Source: Nemertoderma westbladi
Taxonomy: Eukaryota > Animalia > Xenacoelomorpha
DNA length: 64,000 nucleotides
Assembly (NCBI GenBank): GCA_032718475.1
Contig: JAUCBJ010004427.1
Coordinates: forward strand, 6,252-70,251
Reading direction: 5' to 3'
The notes under the pieces are model-generated. The model saw nothing but the letters and a program-made list of their open reading frames with translations, was not told the origin of the DNA and made no database searches. Of the stretch, positions 12,701 through 23,953 are shown piece after piece; the stretch's first letter is position 1; every line of letters begins with the position of its first letter. The translations under genes were made by a program, and so were the position numbers.

Positions 12701-15696
12701 GTTTTTAAAAGATATTTCTTCCCACCAAGGTGGGCCCCTCAATGAAAATATACTTTACGAAAGACCACGAGGTAAAGGGAAAAGTGATGGAGGGAAGAGG
12801 AAAGATATGGGGTATGGGTCGAAAGACATGATGAGGGAAGAAAAGCTGAACTCGTTAATTATATATTACTTTTTATTTTAAGTAATATATTTTTACTCCG
12901 ACTGAATGCTTGCTCTATAGTCTATATACTGGTTACCCATGAATATTAATATATACTACATTATCGTTTGTACATAATACGAAGTCTGTAAGTTATAGTT
13001 ACTGAAACATTTCAGCTCTGAAATTATAATATATGAATCAAGGCTGTCTCTGTTACGATCTACATTGAATAGATACGGTTATTGAAACCGTTATATTGTG
13101 ATAATGGATTCTAGGTTTCTTTCACTGGTAAATCCCTATAGATGTTGAAGTAATAAAATTTAATTCCAGAACCATAGTTCGAAGGTCTGCATTTTATACC
13201 ACTCATAGCTTAGAAATTGTACAATGTATTGTCAATCTGAGTGAAGTCGTATAGGTTCAACGAACCATGCGTAGTAAACAACAGGTCCTCCAAAGCGTGT
13301 GCCTTTGGTAAATTATATCTTGAAGGGGGAAGTTAGATTCACTGCATAAATGCAGTTCATCTAACTTCCCCCAAATATCCACTATTGTATAAATTTGAAG
13401 GGATATTATTAAGTCCAAAATTGTGAGAGTTTTTAATTGTGTGGTCCAATTGTTATTTGATCTCTATTTATTGTTTAAAGTGGATTTAATATCATACTGG
13501 TTTTTTAGAATATTATAACCTTATATTTTATTAATTTACCCAATCGAACCCTTATATGGACCATTTATTTGTACACATGTCCGTAATGCGCTCAGTAAGG
13601 TCCAAACAACATATTAATATGAAAATAAAGTATCTGCAACGAAAAGAACCCAATACTATACTATTTGATCTCATTAAAAATTTGCACTTTTGCACACTTA
13701 TTTGCACAAGTGCACTTTAGCAGATCCTAATGGTGGATCTTATTTAACAAACTTATGTTTATCCTCTACCGATCTACGATGGTGCATGATCAAGTGTCTG
13801 TTGCTAAAAGTGTCAAAAATGAAATTTAATAAATCGCGACATTTGCGATTTTGGACCATATTCATGGACATTTTAAATCACTTTATAGACATAAAAAGAT
13901 AAACAAATGTTAAGATTATAGTTAGAAATCACTCCAAACTACATTTTAATCCAAAAAATAGCATTCTACGATGAATAGAACTGGAAATAATAGTGTTTGA
14001 AATATCGAAAAAATGTCGAATATTTAAGTGCATTTTGCACTAAGTGCACATGCGTCTTTTCCAAAGTTGTATCCTATTTCAAACACCACAATCTATCCTC
14101 TATCCATTGAAAAAAGATTCAGATCAAACGGCCCAGTAGAACCGAAGTTATTGATGTTTAAAAATAGTCACCCGAAAATTTCAAATTCTCTTGGTCACAT
14201 AGTCTAGTGGTTATCAATCATGTTAATGAAACCTAAGTTCGCGGGTACGAAATCCAATATTGGCCATTCTTAATTTTTTGTAAAAAATTTTTTTTTATTT
14301 TTTCACTAAAATCGCTCTAACTTCGGTTCTGGTGGTCCAAATTCAATAAAATTGGTATATTCTTTGCCGTAATTTTTTTTTCTATCTTTTGAGAGGGGGT
14401 CATTTTTGGCCCCAAAAAAAATGAAAAAAAAGGGCCAAAATTACGCGATATTTTTCGACCCTTAAAATTGTTAATTTTAATTATATATGTTAAGAAAAAA
14501 GATAGCGGAGGTAATTTGCTACATTTTAAATGTACTTTTGGCGCAATACGCTAAATTATAATGGAGTAGTGATTTATTAGAAAAAAAAAATTTTTCGTCC
14601 CTTTTTATAAATATTTTATTTCACACGATCGTCTGCCGCACCAGTTGTATATAAGCTACGGCGCTCTAATTAACGCTGTTAGATAGATAATTTAAAGCTC
14701 TATAAGTCTGTGTAAACAAATCTCCCGTAAGTTAAGTAGTTTGCGAGCTGGACGAGTTCCCGCGCAGTGAGTTTGAAACGCGAAATTTTAATAATGGCCC
14801 TCATTTTTTTTATATCATTTGCGCAGCAAAACCGATAGCATATTTGAATTCCCCGTATCGATATTGACCGTATAAAATGTACCTTAACCAACTAAAGTGA
14901 AAAATAAAAAAATATTCGATAAAAACTATTTTTCATATTCTGGCCCTTTTTGGCCCCTATTGTCGACATATTTGTTGTACCCCCACTCGATACGAACGTA
15001 GCCCCAATGGTCTCCTACGAGTTTCAAAAAATAATTAGTGGAATCCGACCCGCGTTGTCAAATTAAACATTTCGGAAATAAAATTTCGAAAAAAGACGGA
15101 CAAAAACGTACAAATTTACGGCCCCTTTTTCCACCCGAAATTTTAATAAATCTCTTACCCCCATTCGATACGAAGGTAGACCCACTCGTCATCATTCCAA
15201 CCGCGTTACTTTCGTTCCCGTACGATAAATAGTAGCCGAGTTATTACGGATCCCGCAAAGTCATTTTGTCCGTTTTTTCAACTTTGACGGACAATAGCCG
15301 GAAAACAAGCCCGGAGGCGGGGTATTCCAAGAAGTGGAAACGTCTAATTTAGACCCCCTCTTTCGATTCCCGGTGTCTCTGGATGCGTCAAATAGAGGTT
15401 TTTTAAGAGTCCTAGTGAAAAAAAGACAAAAAAACCAGACAATTGTCCGTCATGTCCGTCAAAACGATAGATTCGCTAAAAGCTCTGAAGAATCTTATTT
15501 TTTTGGCATTACGCGTCTCCCCTCGAAAAATCGAGAAAATCGTACCTCTGGAAATAGGTCGAATGGGGGGGGGGACACCGTTTTCGCAGTAACTACGCGT
15601 CCAGCATGTAGACTGCGTCCTTTAGAGGGGCGGCGAATTCACCTCACTCAACGCCGCCCTTACTGAATGTTTTTAAAAGATATTTCTTCCCACCAA
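9701..15696. repeat. Head-to-tail duplication of a ~2.96-kb non-coding unit (2 copies plus 64 bp); probable non-autonomous transposon
   Basis: GCGAATTCACCTCACTC starts at 9701, 12665 and 15633. The distal parts of the two units are nearly identical and the proximal ~1 kb is diverged. Confidence 0.92.
11225..11298 (+). pseudogene. tRNA-like (pseudo-tRNA / SINE-head) sequence; second copy at 14193-14266
   Basis: 74 nt with an A-box-like TAGTCTAGTGG, a degenerate B box GGTACGAAATCC and a partial acceptor stem GGTCA/TGGCC+A. The anticodon arm does not fold. Confidence 0.5.
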
Positions 15697-15835
15697 GTAC
15701 AAGTAGAGGGATTTGACAGTGGCCTGACACTACCCAATCTGCTGAACCCCAATCAATGCATGAAATTATTTAACAAACTACGAGAGAGGCCAAGTTCAAC
15801 AAACAAAGTGTGACACTGAGACTCGAATCATATTC

Positions 15836-16129
15836 ATGGAAAATATCCCCCAGTGTACCACCAGTCAACCACTTACAGATATTGATATTGTGAACAATAT
15901 ATGCAGCAACATAGTTGATCACAGCGATATTGTAATAGAGCATGTATCTCGAGTTGGTCCCATAAATACATCCATGAGTACCAAACCATCTACACTCCAT
16001 GTGATTTTCAAGACGCTAATTGATAGAAACCAAGTCTGTAGGAATAAACATAGACTCCGACAAAGTGATAAACCTTGGATCCGAAAAGTATTCATCCGAC
16101 CATTACTTCCAGCAGAAGTGCAGCTATGA
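15836..16129 (+). pseudogene. Fragment of a CR1/L2-group LINE ORF1-like protein
   Basis: The pattern I..VSRVG...KP..L.V.F....R..V..NK..LR......VFI is typical of the C-terminal half of CR1/L2 ORF1p. This is a motif recollection only. Confidence 0.55.
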
Positions 16130-16239
16130 GATCTAACCTGTATCATATTACTAGACTGAGGAATGGACTCCGCAACAATGAACCTGGGGCTTATAAGGAT
16201 GTGCGAAATTATTTCCTAGTTTGGTTTAACCCACATAAC

Positions 16240-16870
16240 TACTAGGATCGGCATGCTGCATTGCAGCTGCATTTTTAAGAATGCTGTGCCGGCTTGTCGA
16301 CAAAATTGCGCCGCCACAACTCCCTATCTATCACCCATGACATTTGCTAGAAAATCCGCAGCTTCAAGGCCAGTGTCCTTTAAGATGCGTCTCAAAAGTC
16401 ATGGGCTGTCCACCATGCTTATTCACTCCATGAGGCTGCCTGCCACAGTACAAGATTATGCACTGGCTGGTCCTCACGGCGAAAGCAATGTCCTGCAAAG
16501 AGAGGCGATTTTGTTCTAGTGTCAAGTTTGGGGGAACCAATGAGATACCTCGAATGTTATATAGTGTCTGGTTGGAGGTGTGTGCATTGTACTTGACACT
16601 ATGAACTCGGCGTAGCATTCTTGTGAATGTGCCATCAATAGATTTGGTGTCATCAGCAGTTAGAGCCCAGCATGGACTCCCAAGAGGAGTACTGGAACTA
16701 CTGCTGCTCTAAATAATCGGACCTTAAGTTTCCGATTAATTCTCGGTTACTTCCAAATCCTGGAAAGCCTATTCAAGGCTGCCCATGCCTTTCCCTTACG
16801 TATTCGAAGGTCCTCACCTGATTTCCGGATCCATGATCCCAGGTAACAGAAGTCGTCCACATGCTCAAGC
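16240..16870 (-). mobile_element. Frameshifted duplicate of the RTE LINE 3' ~630 bp
   Basis: Tandem diverged copy of 16872-17503 (the YLGSWI...RKGKAW segment is in ORF 16747-16974). Confidence 0.85.
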
Positions 16871-16871
16871 A

Positions 16872-17626
16872 TACTACTAGGATCAGCATGCTGCATTGTA
16901 GCTCCATTTTTAAGAATGCTGTGCCGGCTTGTCGACAAAATTGCGCCGCCACAACTCCCTATCACCCATGACATTTTCTAGATCATCCACATCTTCAAGG
17001 CCAGTGTCCTTTAAGATGTGTCTCAAGAAAGTCATGGGCTGTCCACCATGCTTATTCACTCCATGAGGCTGCCAAAGTACAAGATTATGCACTGGCTGGT
17101 CTTCACGGCGAAAGCAATGTCCTGCAAAGCGGAGACGATTTTGTTCTAGTGTCAAGCTTGGGGGAACCAATGAGACACCTCCAATGTTATATAGTGTCTG
17201 GTTAGAGATGTGTGCATTGTACTTGATACAATGAACCCGGCGTAGCATTCTTGTGAATGTACCATCCAGAGATTTGGTGTCCTCAGCAGTTAGAGCCCAG
17301 CATGGACTCCCATAGAGGAGTACTGGTACTACTGCTGCTCTAAATAATAGGACCTTAAGTTTCCGATTAATTCTCGGTGACTTCCAAATCCTGGAAAGCC
17401 TATTCAAGGCTGCCCATGCCTTTCCCTTACGTATTCGAAGGTCCTCACCTGACTTCCGGATCCATGATCCCAGGTAAAAGACGTCGTCCACATGCTCAAG
17501 CATACCATCCTTTGAGCTTATGCTCATCCGATCAGAGACTTGCTGAGGACTTTCAAAGTTAACAGTCAAAATTTTGGTCTTTCTAGAGTTAATAAAAAGA
17601 CCAACACTAGAAGCAACATGTTCTTA
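16872..17626 (-). pseudogene. RTE-clade LINE, RT C-terminal/thumb region and 3' UTR
   Basis: ORF 16910-17569 has YLGS, R..KAW.A...L.RIWK, LFRA.V.PVLLYG..W.LT and R.RFAGH.FR, which are RTE hallmarks. It is cut from its N-terminal part (37920-38915) by BEL-1. Confidence 0.9.
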
Positions 17627-17631
17627 TGAGC

Positions 17632-18776
17632 TGTTCGCGCTTTCTGACCTTTAGCAGGTTAACCTGCCAAATTTAGGTGTCTTCTAGGTTATAAATCGAC
17701 TTTAGCCTATGACGAGTATTTGATACACTACATTAGCCGAAGCCAGTCTATGCGCGACCATTCACCCGCTGGATATATCCGGGAGACTGGATTCGGAAGC
17801 TCTGACCTTATTGCGGTGTAGGCCTACTGTATTATTCGACTGATCGTTAATATATAATCTCTGACAAATATTATTCACTTTCGGGAAATATTAACAGTTC
17901 CTTTAGGACGTGGCGCTCTAAATATGTAAACAGAGTTATGACTTACACTAGACACAACGGGATGGCTATTGATTCACGTATAAAGCGCATTCTTTAGGAG
18001 ATGCTTTGTTATCTGTCACAATCATGCACACTACCGCACTACGCTGCACACCGATCTGCCGACCTTCACTAATTTTAGTCACATATAAAGAGAACAGCAA
18101 CCGACACATGTAGTGCCCATGAAATAGCATTAGATTCACTCCAAAACCAATATAATGTAAGTCGCAATTGCTATATGTAACCTGTCTCTTACCTTCAGTA
18201 TATCAAGAAGATTGGGGGTTTTATGATTATTTATCGATATTATCCAAATATAATAATATTCCATCAACTGATATAATTAATAACCGACAGTAAATAGCAG
18301 TAAAAATGCTGTGTTTGTAGGTGACAATATGTTTTGTAACAATATGAATTGCGTTGGATTGAATTGATAACAGTTATACGTTTCTATGATCAAAGCCTAC
18401 TAATGTTTGGCTAAAGCGTGAAACATAGAAATTCCAAAGCCGGTGTTCTGGCATCAGGAAAAATACACACTGACTGAATTGCGTGAGTTTCTGTATACAA
18501 TGTCCAACACAGAGTGAAAACCGCTCTGATTGGTCGACCGAACAAAGAACGAACAAAGAACAAAGAAAAAGTTACACGTGGACACAGCTGATAGATGTCG
18601 TCATCTGAGTTCCGATGTTTAGAGTATTTGAGCTTATTGCGGAGAAAAATGGCTTTTTATGTCCGCTAAAGCACACATGCAGACATAGCGGGCAAATCGC
18701 CTGTTATGTCCGCTAAAATACCTACTCGGTATATTGCGGAGAAAAATAGCTTGTTACATCCGCAAAAGCTTTTACA
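17632..18776 (-). repeat. BEL-1 3' LTR
   Basis: TGTTCGCGC...GCTTTTACA; a direct repeat of 36770-37914 with roughly 15 substitutions counted by eye. Confidence 0.96.
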
Positions 18777-18851
18777 CTGCTCCCAGAAAATGGGATTTGC
18801 AAATGGGATATACAAAATCACAGTTTCTAATATACGTAAATACTCTAAACA

Positions 18852-20157
18852 GTTAGTCTTTCTTGCGCGGACAGCGTTTACGCAGTTTTTTTGAGGCTAG
18901 CAAGAGTCCTTTTCTCTTTGGGGCGAGCCACTTTACTAGGAGGGCTATAACTCCTGGGTAAAGGGTGCAATACAATTGCATCGGAAGGTTTAGGGTTACG
19001 GTCGATGTCTCGTCCATTTCGATATGCTTCTCCTCGAGCTGATTTTCCTCCGCTTATCGTTGGATGCGTTCGTCCAAAAACTCTTGCAGAGAATAGGGTC
19101 GTCCAAGTTCGATATCTTCTTAGAGATTCTGGATTTCCTGATCGAACTGAGATAAAGCTAATTCGTTTACCGCTTGGACTTGCTGCTGCAATTTACGTTT
19201 CTCTAAACAATTATAGGTTCCTTTTCCGATCTTTTGACGAATAGTGTCCAACACGTTTCGTACAACTATGACGATATTAGATGTCCGCGTCCCAATCCGG
19301 CAATCGGGTAAGATGGGCGAATATTTAGGGAGCCCACAACCGGAGTGCCACCTACTAACCGTTCGGGTAACACTAGATCTTTGAACAGTGAGTACAGTTC
19401 GGGAGGATCCGTGATACTATTAGGATCAAGAGTCTGAAGTCTAACTAGGGAATGAGGAGGTCTGACCGAGTATTCCGGAACTCTGATCATTGGTTTATTT
19501 AAGGTTCGTTTGAATCGAATGAGCGTAGGTGATACATCGAACAAGTTTCGCTCGAAACTCCCGTAAATATAGCGAGTAAAACCGTGTTTAAAGCAACGTC
19601 TCTACGGATGTTTATGTCTTTCCGTTTGTTGGTTGGGTCTAGGGCATTCATCGCAATAATACCAAAGACGCACGTCTTGTAGGGGAAACGCGGGTGATAT
19701 TTATTCGGTTTTACAACGTTTCTCTCAAGAACTCGAAATATACGTTGGAGTTACCGCGTTTATCCGGTTCTTTAACGTCTTCTCTTTCGATTCGATTTCG
19801 AATAGAATTTTCGCATTCGATTTTCAGTTTATCGTTCCTACTCCGCTGGGTAGGATATTTAAATAGTACCATTTCCCTTTCGGTGTCGACATCGTCCGTA
19901 TCGTGTAAATCGATAGGATGGCCAGTAGTTAAGAAGTCCATATGCGTACCATTACGATGCGTATAGCGAGCAGTGAATTTTCGAGAGTCCAATTCACGCG
20001 TAAGTTGCTCCTGGGACATCGGCGGTTCGATATAACGACCATCGTCCTCCGTAGTAGTTGGACTAGCGTCGCTGCGTATCAAGCTATCAACAAACGCTTG
20101 CAACGTTAGAGTATATTTCTCCCTGATACCAAGATCATCTTCTATCAACTCATTCAT
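18852..20157 (-). pseudogene. BEL-1 3' accessory ORF (fragmented), unknown function
   Basis: ORF pieces 19711-20157 and 19266-19544. The N-terminus M.ELIEDDLGIRE.Y and the basic C-terminus VARPKEKRTLAS..KLRKR.PRKKD are shared with BEL-2 and BEL-3. Confidence 0.7.
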
Positions 20158-21999
20158 AGCTGCTATATGAGTTTATCAATATTATAATTAGTTATAATTA
20201 GGCTAGCGGGCGTCGCTGCCTACCCCTCTCGGCCCCCGGATAGCGCAAGATCCTCAGCGCTGGTGTACTTTCGCCGATGTGCCTATCGTCAATGTAGTAG
20301 CTGCACAACGACTACAACAACCAGCACGAGCCACTCCACCGTCCGTCCCAAAGGCTTAGATATACTTCAGGTTCTTACTGGAGAGTTAGGGCTACTTTCA
20401 CAATTGCGACTCGCTACTGTAAGCACACTTTAGTAGTAACATTCACCTATAAACGCACAAATTCCACACAACTGTCACAAACCGCACACATTCGGGCCAT
20501 TTGTCCGTTAGTCAAGTGCCTTCCAGAATGCCACGTTATTATTATGTATCCTTGGATACTAGCAGTATGCTATTTATTCCGTATGCTATTCAATGGGGCA
20601 AGCCTTTATTGTTCTTTTAACTCACTTCTAATTCTAGCGTGGTTGTTGCCATGGTGACATTATGGAAAGCTAGCAGTAGAATTAGGGTAATTCTCATGTA
20701 TACAGATCTGGGAAGCTATTTAATAGTAATTCTTTAATTGTCAATATTCCCCTTTATACATGATTTTATGAATTTTATCGGCTATTGACTATATTGGAGA
20801 TTCTCGCACAATAATACACTTAATAGGGTGAATCTCCGCTCCCATGATCTATTAATTAATGGAATTTTGGGAATGTTATAAATTGTATGAAAATGACAAT
20901 TTATCAAATTCATTAAAAGATGAATTTAAATTTATTCCCGTAAATTTTATTATTTAATATTAAATAGACACAATTTTATTCCAGAACATGTCTGGGGACT
21001 AGGATCCTTGATTCTAGGAAATTGGTCTTTTTAAGAATATCGGTAAGTGCTACGATATCTTAATAGACTAGAATTTTAAAGGATCTAAAATTTGACAGAT
21101 TTTATAAATATTAATAGTTAATATTTAGGATGGGCACCAGTTTATTCCAGAACTTGTCTGGGGACGTTAACCACTGATTCTAGAATTTTGTCTTTCAAGT
21201 ATATCGGTGGGTGCCGCGATATCTTAATCGACTAGAATTACAGATGGTCAAAGGGTTTAACAGATTTATTTGCGTTATACGCTACTGTTAAAAGGACATC
21301 ACGCTACTATATGTATTATTTAATATACGGTATGAGAGCAATATCGCACGAAGCAATGTCAGTGTGAAGAGGCAAGTCGTTTCCAAGGTCTACCCAGAGT
21401 TTGGTTTAGCCGAGACACGAGGATCTGAACTTTGCATTCCTAATACTCTGCCTACCAATAATACTTGAATATAGTAGGAGCTTTATTGTACTTTAATAAG
21501 TACGGACATTTCATCTTACTGTAGTTACGTATTTGTAATGTAATACGGACAGTAAGGAAAGAGAAAAAGAATTATTTCTCGCCGTCGCTCTAAATATATA
21601 ATATATAAGTAATTAAGCAATAAACACTAATATATATTGCACTAATCTACTAAATAATCGCTAAAATAACCTTCTACTAAATAAAATTAAAGAAAACGAT
21701 TATAATAAAATTACATAATAATACATACATAAGTATAAAAATAATGAAACAAACATAAAATAATATGGTCACACACCCACTCCAGACACTGTTACGTTGG
21801 GGAGTCCCTAGATGTTTGTTGGATTAGGGAGGTGGTCGCGGGAAGAGTATCTTGCCTTCCATAGTTTCCGGAGAGTTCTCTGTCTCTTTCCAGTAAACAT
21901 AAACGACCAACTGGGCGATTGAGCTGCTGTGTCTTGAAGACAATCCCGGTTTCTTAAAGTTACGTCGCATGACGACGAGTTCTACCGATCGCACCAAAC

Positions 22000-22286
22000 T
22001 ATAAGCAGTAGGTAATTATTCTATAACACAATACAATCCTGTAATCCAGTGTATAATATTAGTAGTACAACAATCCAGCAATATTATAATTAGTAATACA
22101 GCGGTACAATAATTAGGCAGAACAACCTCACTCTGCCAGCTTTACATGTAGGCCTAACCCTCCACCTGTCACACTGTACTGTACATCTGTATGTATCTCT
22201 TAACCTCAGTTCAGCCAGTCCGGTACCGGTACAACCCACATTCGTACATCCCTCTATTGGGCCATGGCCTCTTATTTCCCCTTATA
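22000..22286 (-). repeat. Gypsy-like 3' LTR (TATAAG...CTTATA termini)
   Basis: Direct repeat of 26331-26617. Confidence 0.95.
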
Positions 22287-22351
22287 CTCCCCCCAGTTCA
22301 TTAATGAACTAATCTTGAATTGTCACACATGTGGAAATCATAATTTTACTT

Positions 22352-23953
22352 TCAGTTTATATTAATCCCATATCTCATAGGTGGTCTTGACACTCGTCCC
22401 GTACGCAATCTATAGTGCTCTCCTGGTTCTTCAACTGCGTTTGCATTGGTATAATCGACAGTTTCCTCTAAACTTTCATTTGCAACAATATTATCTTCTT
22501 CATTTGAGCTAGATTCACTGTTACTATCACTATAATTCTGGTGTTGTACGGGTACTGTTGTGCAGTACTGAGCAGTACTGAGATTATTTGGGCTTATCTG
22601 CCCACATTCCGCTTTCCTAATGTCTTGTATATGTCGCTTGTATCCACCTGCTATAACTGACCAAGAATCTGGAACCGCCTCAATTATCAGTGGGCCTCTC
22701 CATTTTGTGTGGCACTTTACATGTTGTTTCGGCTTAATATATACAAATTCCCCAATTTTAAACTTATATTCCATTTCCGGTTCTGTTGCAATAACTTCCG
22801 TAACACCTGGTAATTTGGTGATATGATTTGAGGTAAGCAGTTCCCATGGTGACTTATTTCCATGTGATGCAGTCCTGTTATACCAAAAGGCAATTTGCGT
22901 GGGTTCTTTGCCTGTTCTTGCTGCCCATGTCTTAATAGTTCTATGGGATCTTTCAACTATATTCCCTTGTGGTCTATAAGTGCACGAGGTCCGGTGTTTA
23001 ACTTCCCATTTTTCCAAAAATTGTTTTGTTTCTTTACTCCTAAAAGCGGGTCCATTATCAGACAATAACTCTTCTGGGGGCCCCCACTCAACAAATACTT
23101 GCTGCAATTCCTTTATAACTGCCTCTGCAGTTTCTTTATTAACTTTACGCCATATAGTAAACCCGGTAGCGCAATCGACCATTGTCAGATATTGGTTTTT
23201 ATTTTCATCCTCTGTGAAGTCAGTTGATAGTCTTTCCCACCCTCGCTCCATCTTACAAGTTCCTTTTTTCACTGCAGTAACAGGATTTGGATCTATGTAT
23301 TTGCATTTATTACAGCTATTGCACACTTCTTTGACTAATTTCCTTGTCACATTCATTGTCTGTAATTCTCTATTGGCATCACACAATACTAGTGTTCTAT
23401 CCGTCCCAAGATGTGCAATTTCATGTAATTCTTTGACTCTTTGAAATATTTGGGCTTTGGATAGTGGTTTTTCAGTTAATTGTACTCTTTCATCTTTAAC
23501 AAGTGTTTCCATTTCATCACCTCCCACTGTTACAATGGATTTATTCTGGTTAATCAACCATGGTTTGGGAATTCTGGTTAAATAGTCTGCCAGGTTTTTG
23601 CTAGATGATACTAGTTGAATTGTTACTTTTAAATTATATTCATCGACAGTTTTCTTCAATACATCTAGTCGCCTCCTTATCAACATCTTTGATAACCCTG
23701 TATTTCGTAATCTATGTTCATCTTTCAACATCGCACTAATCCACCCATAAACTGAAGCTGAGTCAGTGTATAATTTGATATTTTTCAGTCCCCACTGTAA
23801 TGCCATATTTATTCCTTGTATAACTGCAGTTAATTCAGCTGCATTGATATGTTCCGGGTCACTATCTTTACGAAGCCATGCCCCATCTTCCGATATTCTA
23901 CCCCCAATCTTAACTAATGCACCTGTAGCTATCGCACTAGCATCAGCCCAAAC
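22352..23953 (-). CDS. pol: Pol C-terminal part: RNase H and integrase (in frame with 23954-25528 across one TAG)
   Basis: RNase H motifs WADAS...HINAAEL...YTDS...NLADYLTR. Integrase HHCC (H...HLG...C..C), STDF/SDNG/VER DDE triad, and a KWRGP GPY/F-like motif. Confidence 0.9.
   Translation of the reverse strand, partial: VWADASAIATGALVKIGGRISEDGAWLRKDSDPEHINAAELTAVIQGINMALQWGLKNIKLYTDSASVYGWISAMLKDEHRLRNTGLSKMLIRRRLDVLKKTVDEYNLKVTIQLVSSSKNLADYLTRIPKPWLINQNKSIVTVGGDEMETLVKDERVQLTEKPLSKAQIFQRVKELHEIAHLGTDRTLVLCDANRELQTMNVTRKLVKEVCNSCNKCKYIDPNPVTAVKKGTCKMERGWERLSTDFTEDENKNQYLTMVDCATGFTIWRKVNKETAEAVIKELQQVFVEWGPPEELLSDNGPAFRSKETKQFLEKWEVKHRTSCTYRPQGNIVERSHRTIKTWAARTGKEPTQIAFWYNRTASHGNKSPWELLTSNHITKLPGVTEVIATEPEMEYKFKIGEFVYIKPKQHVKCHTKWRGPLIIEAVPDSWSVIAGGYKRHIQDIRKAECGQISPNNLSTAQYCTTVPVQHQNYSDSNSESSSNEEDNIVANESLEETVDYTNANAVEEPGEHYRLRTGRVSRPPMRYGININ

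Noticed and set aside
9701-15696. Penelope-like pseudo-LTR or hammerhead ribozyme explanation for the tandem, and its 60-110 aa ORFs
   Set aside because: I found no complete hammerhead core (CTGAnGA...GAAA with stems). The ORFs are duplicated only because the DNA is duplicated and carry no motifs.
18374-18556. 60-aa ORF repeated at 37512-37694
   Set aside because: It lies within the LTRs and is not preserved in the BEL-2/3 LTRs.
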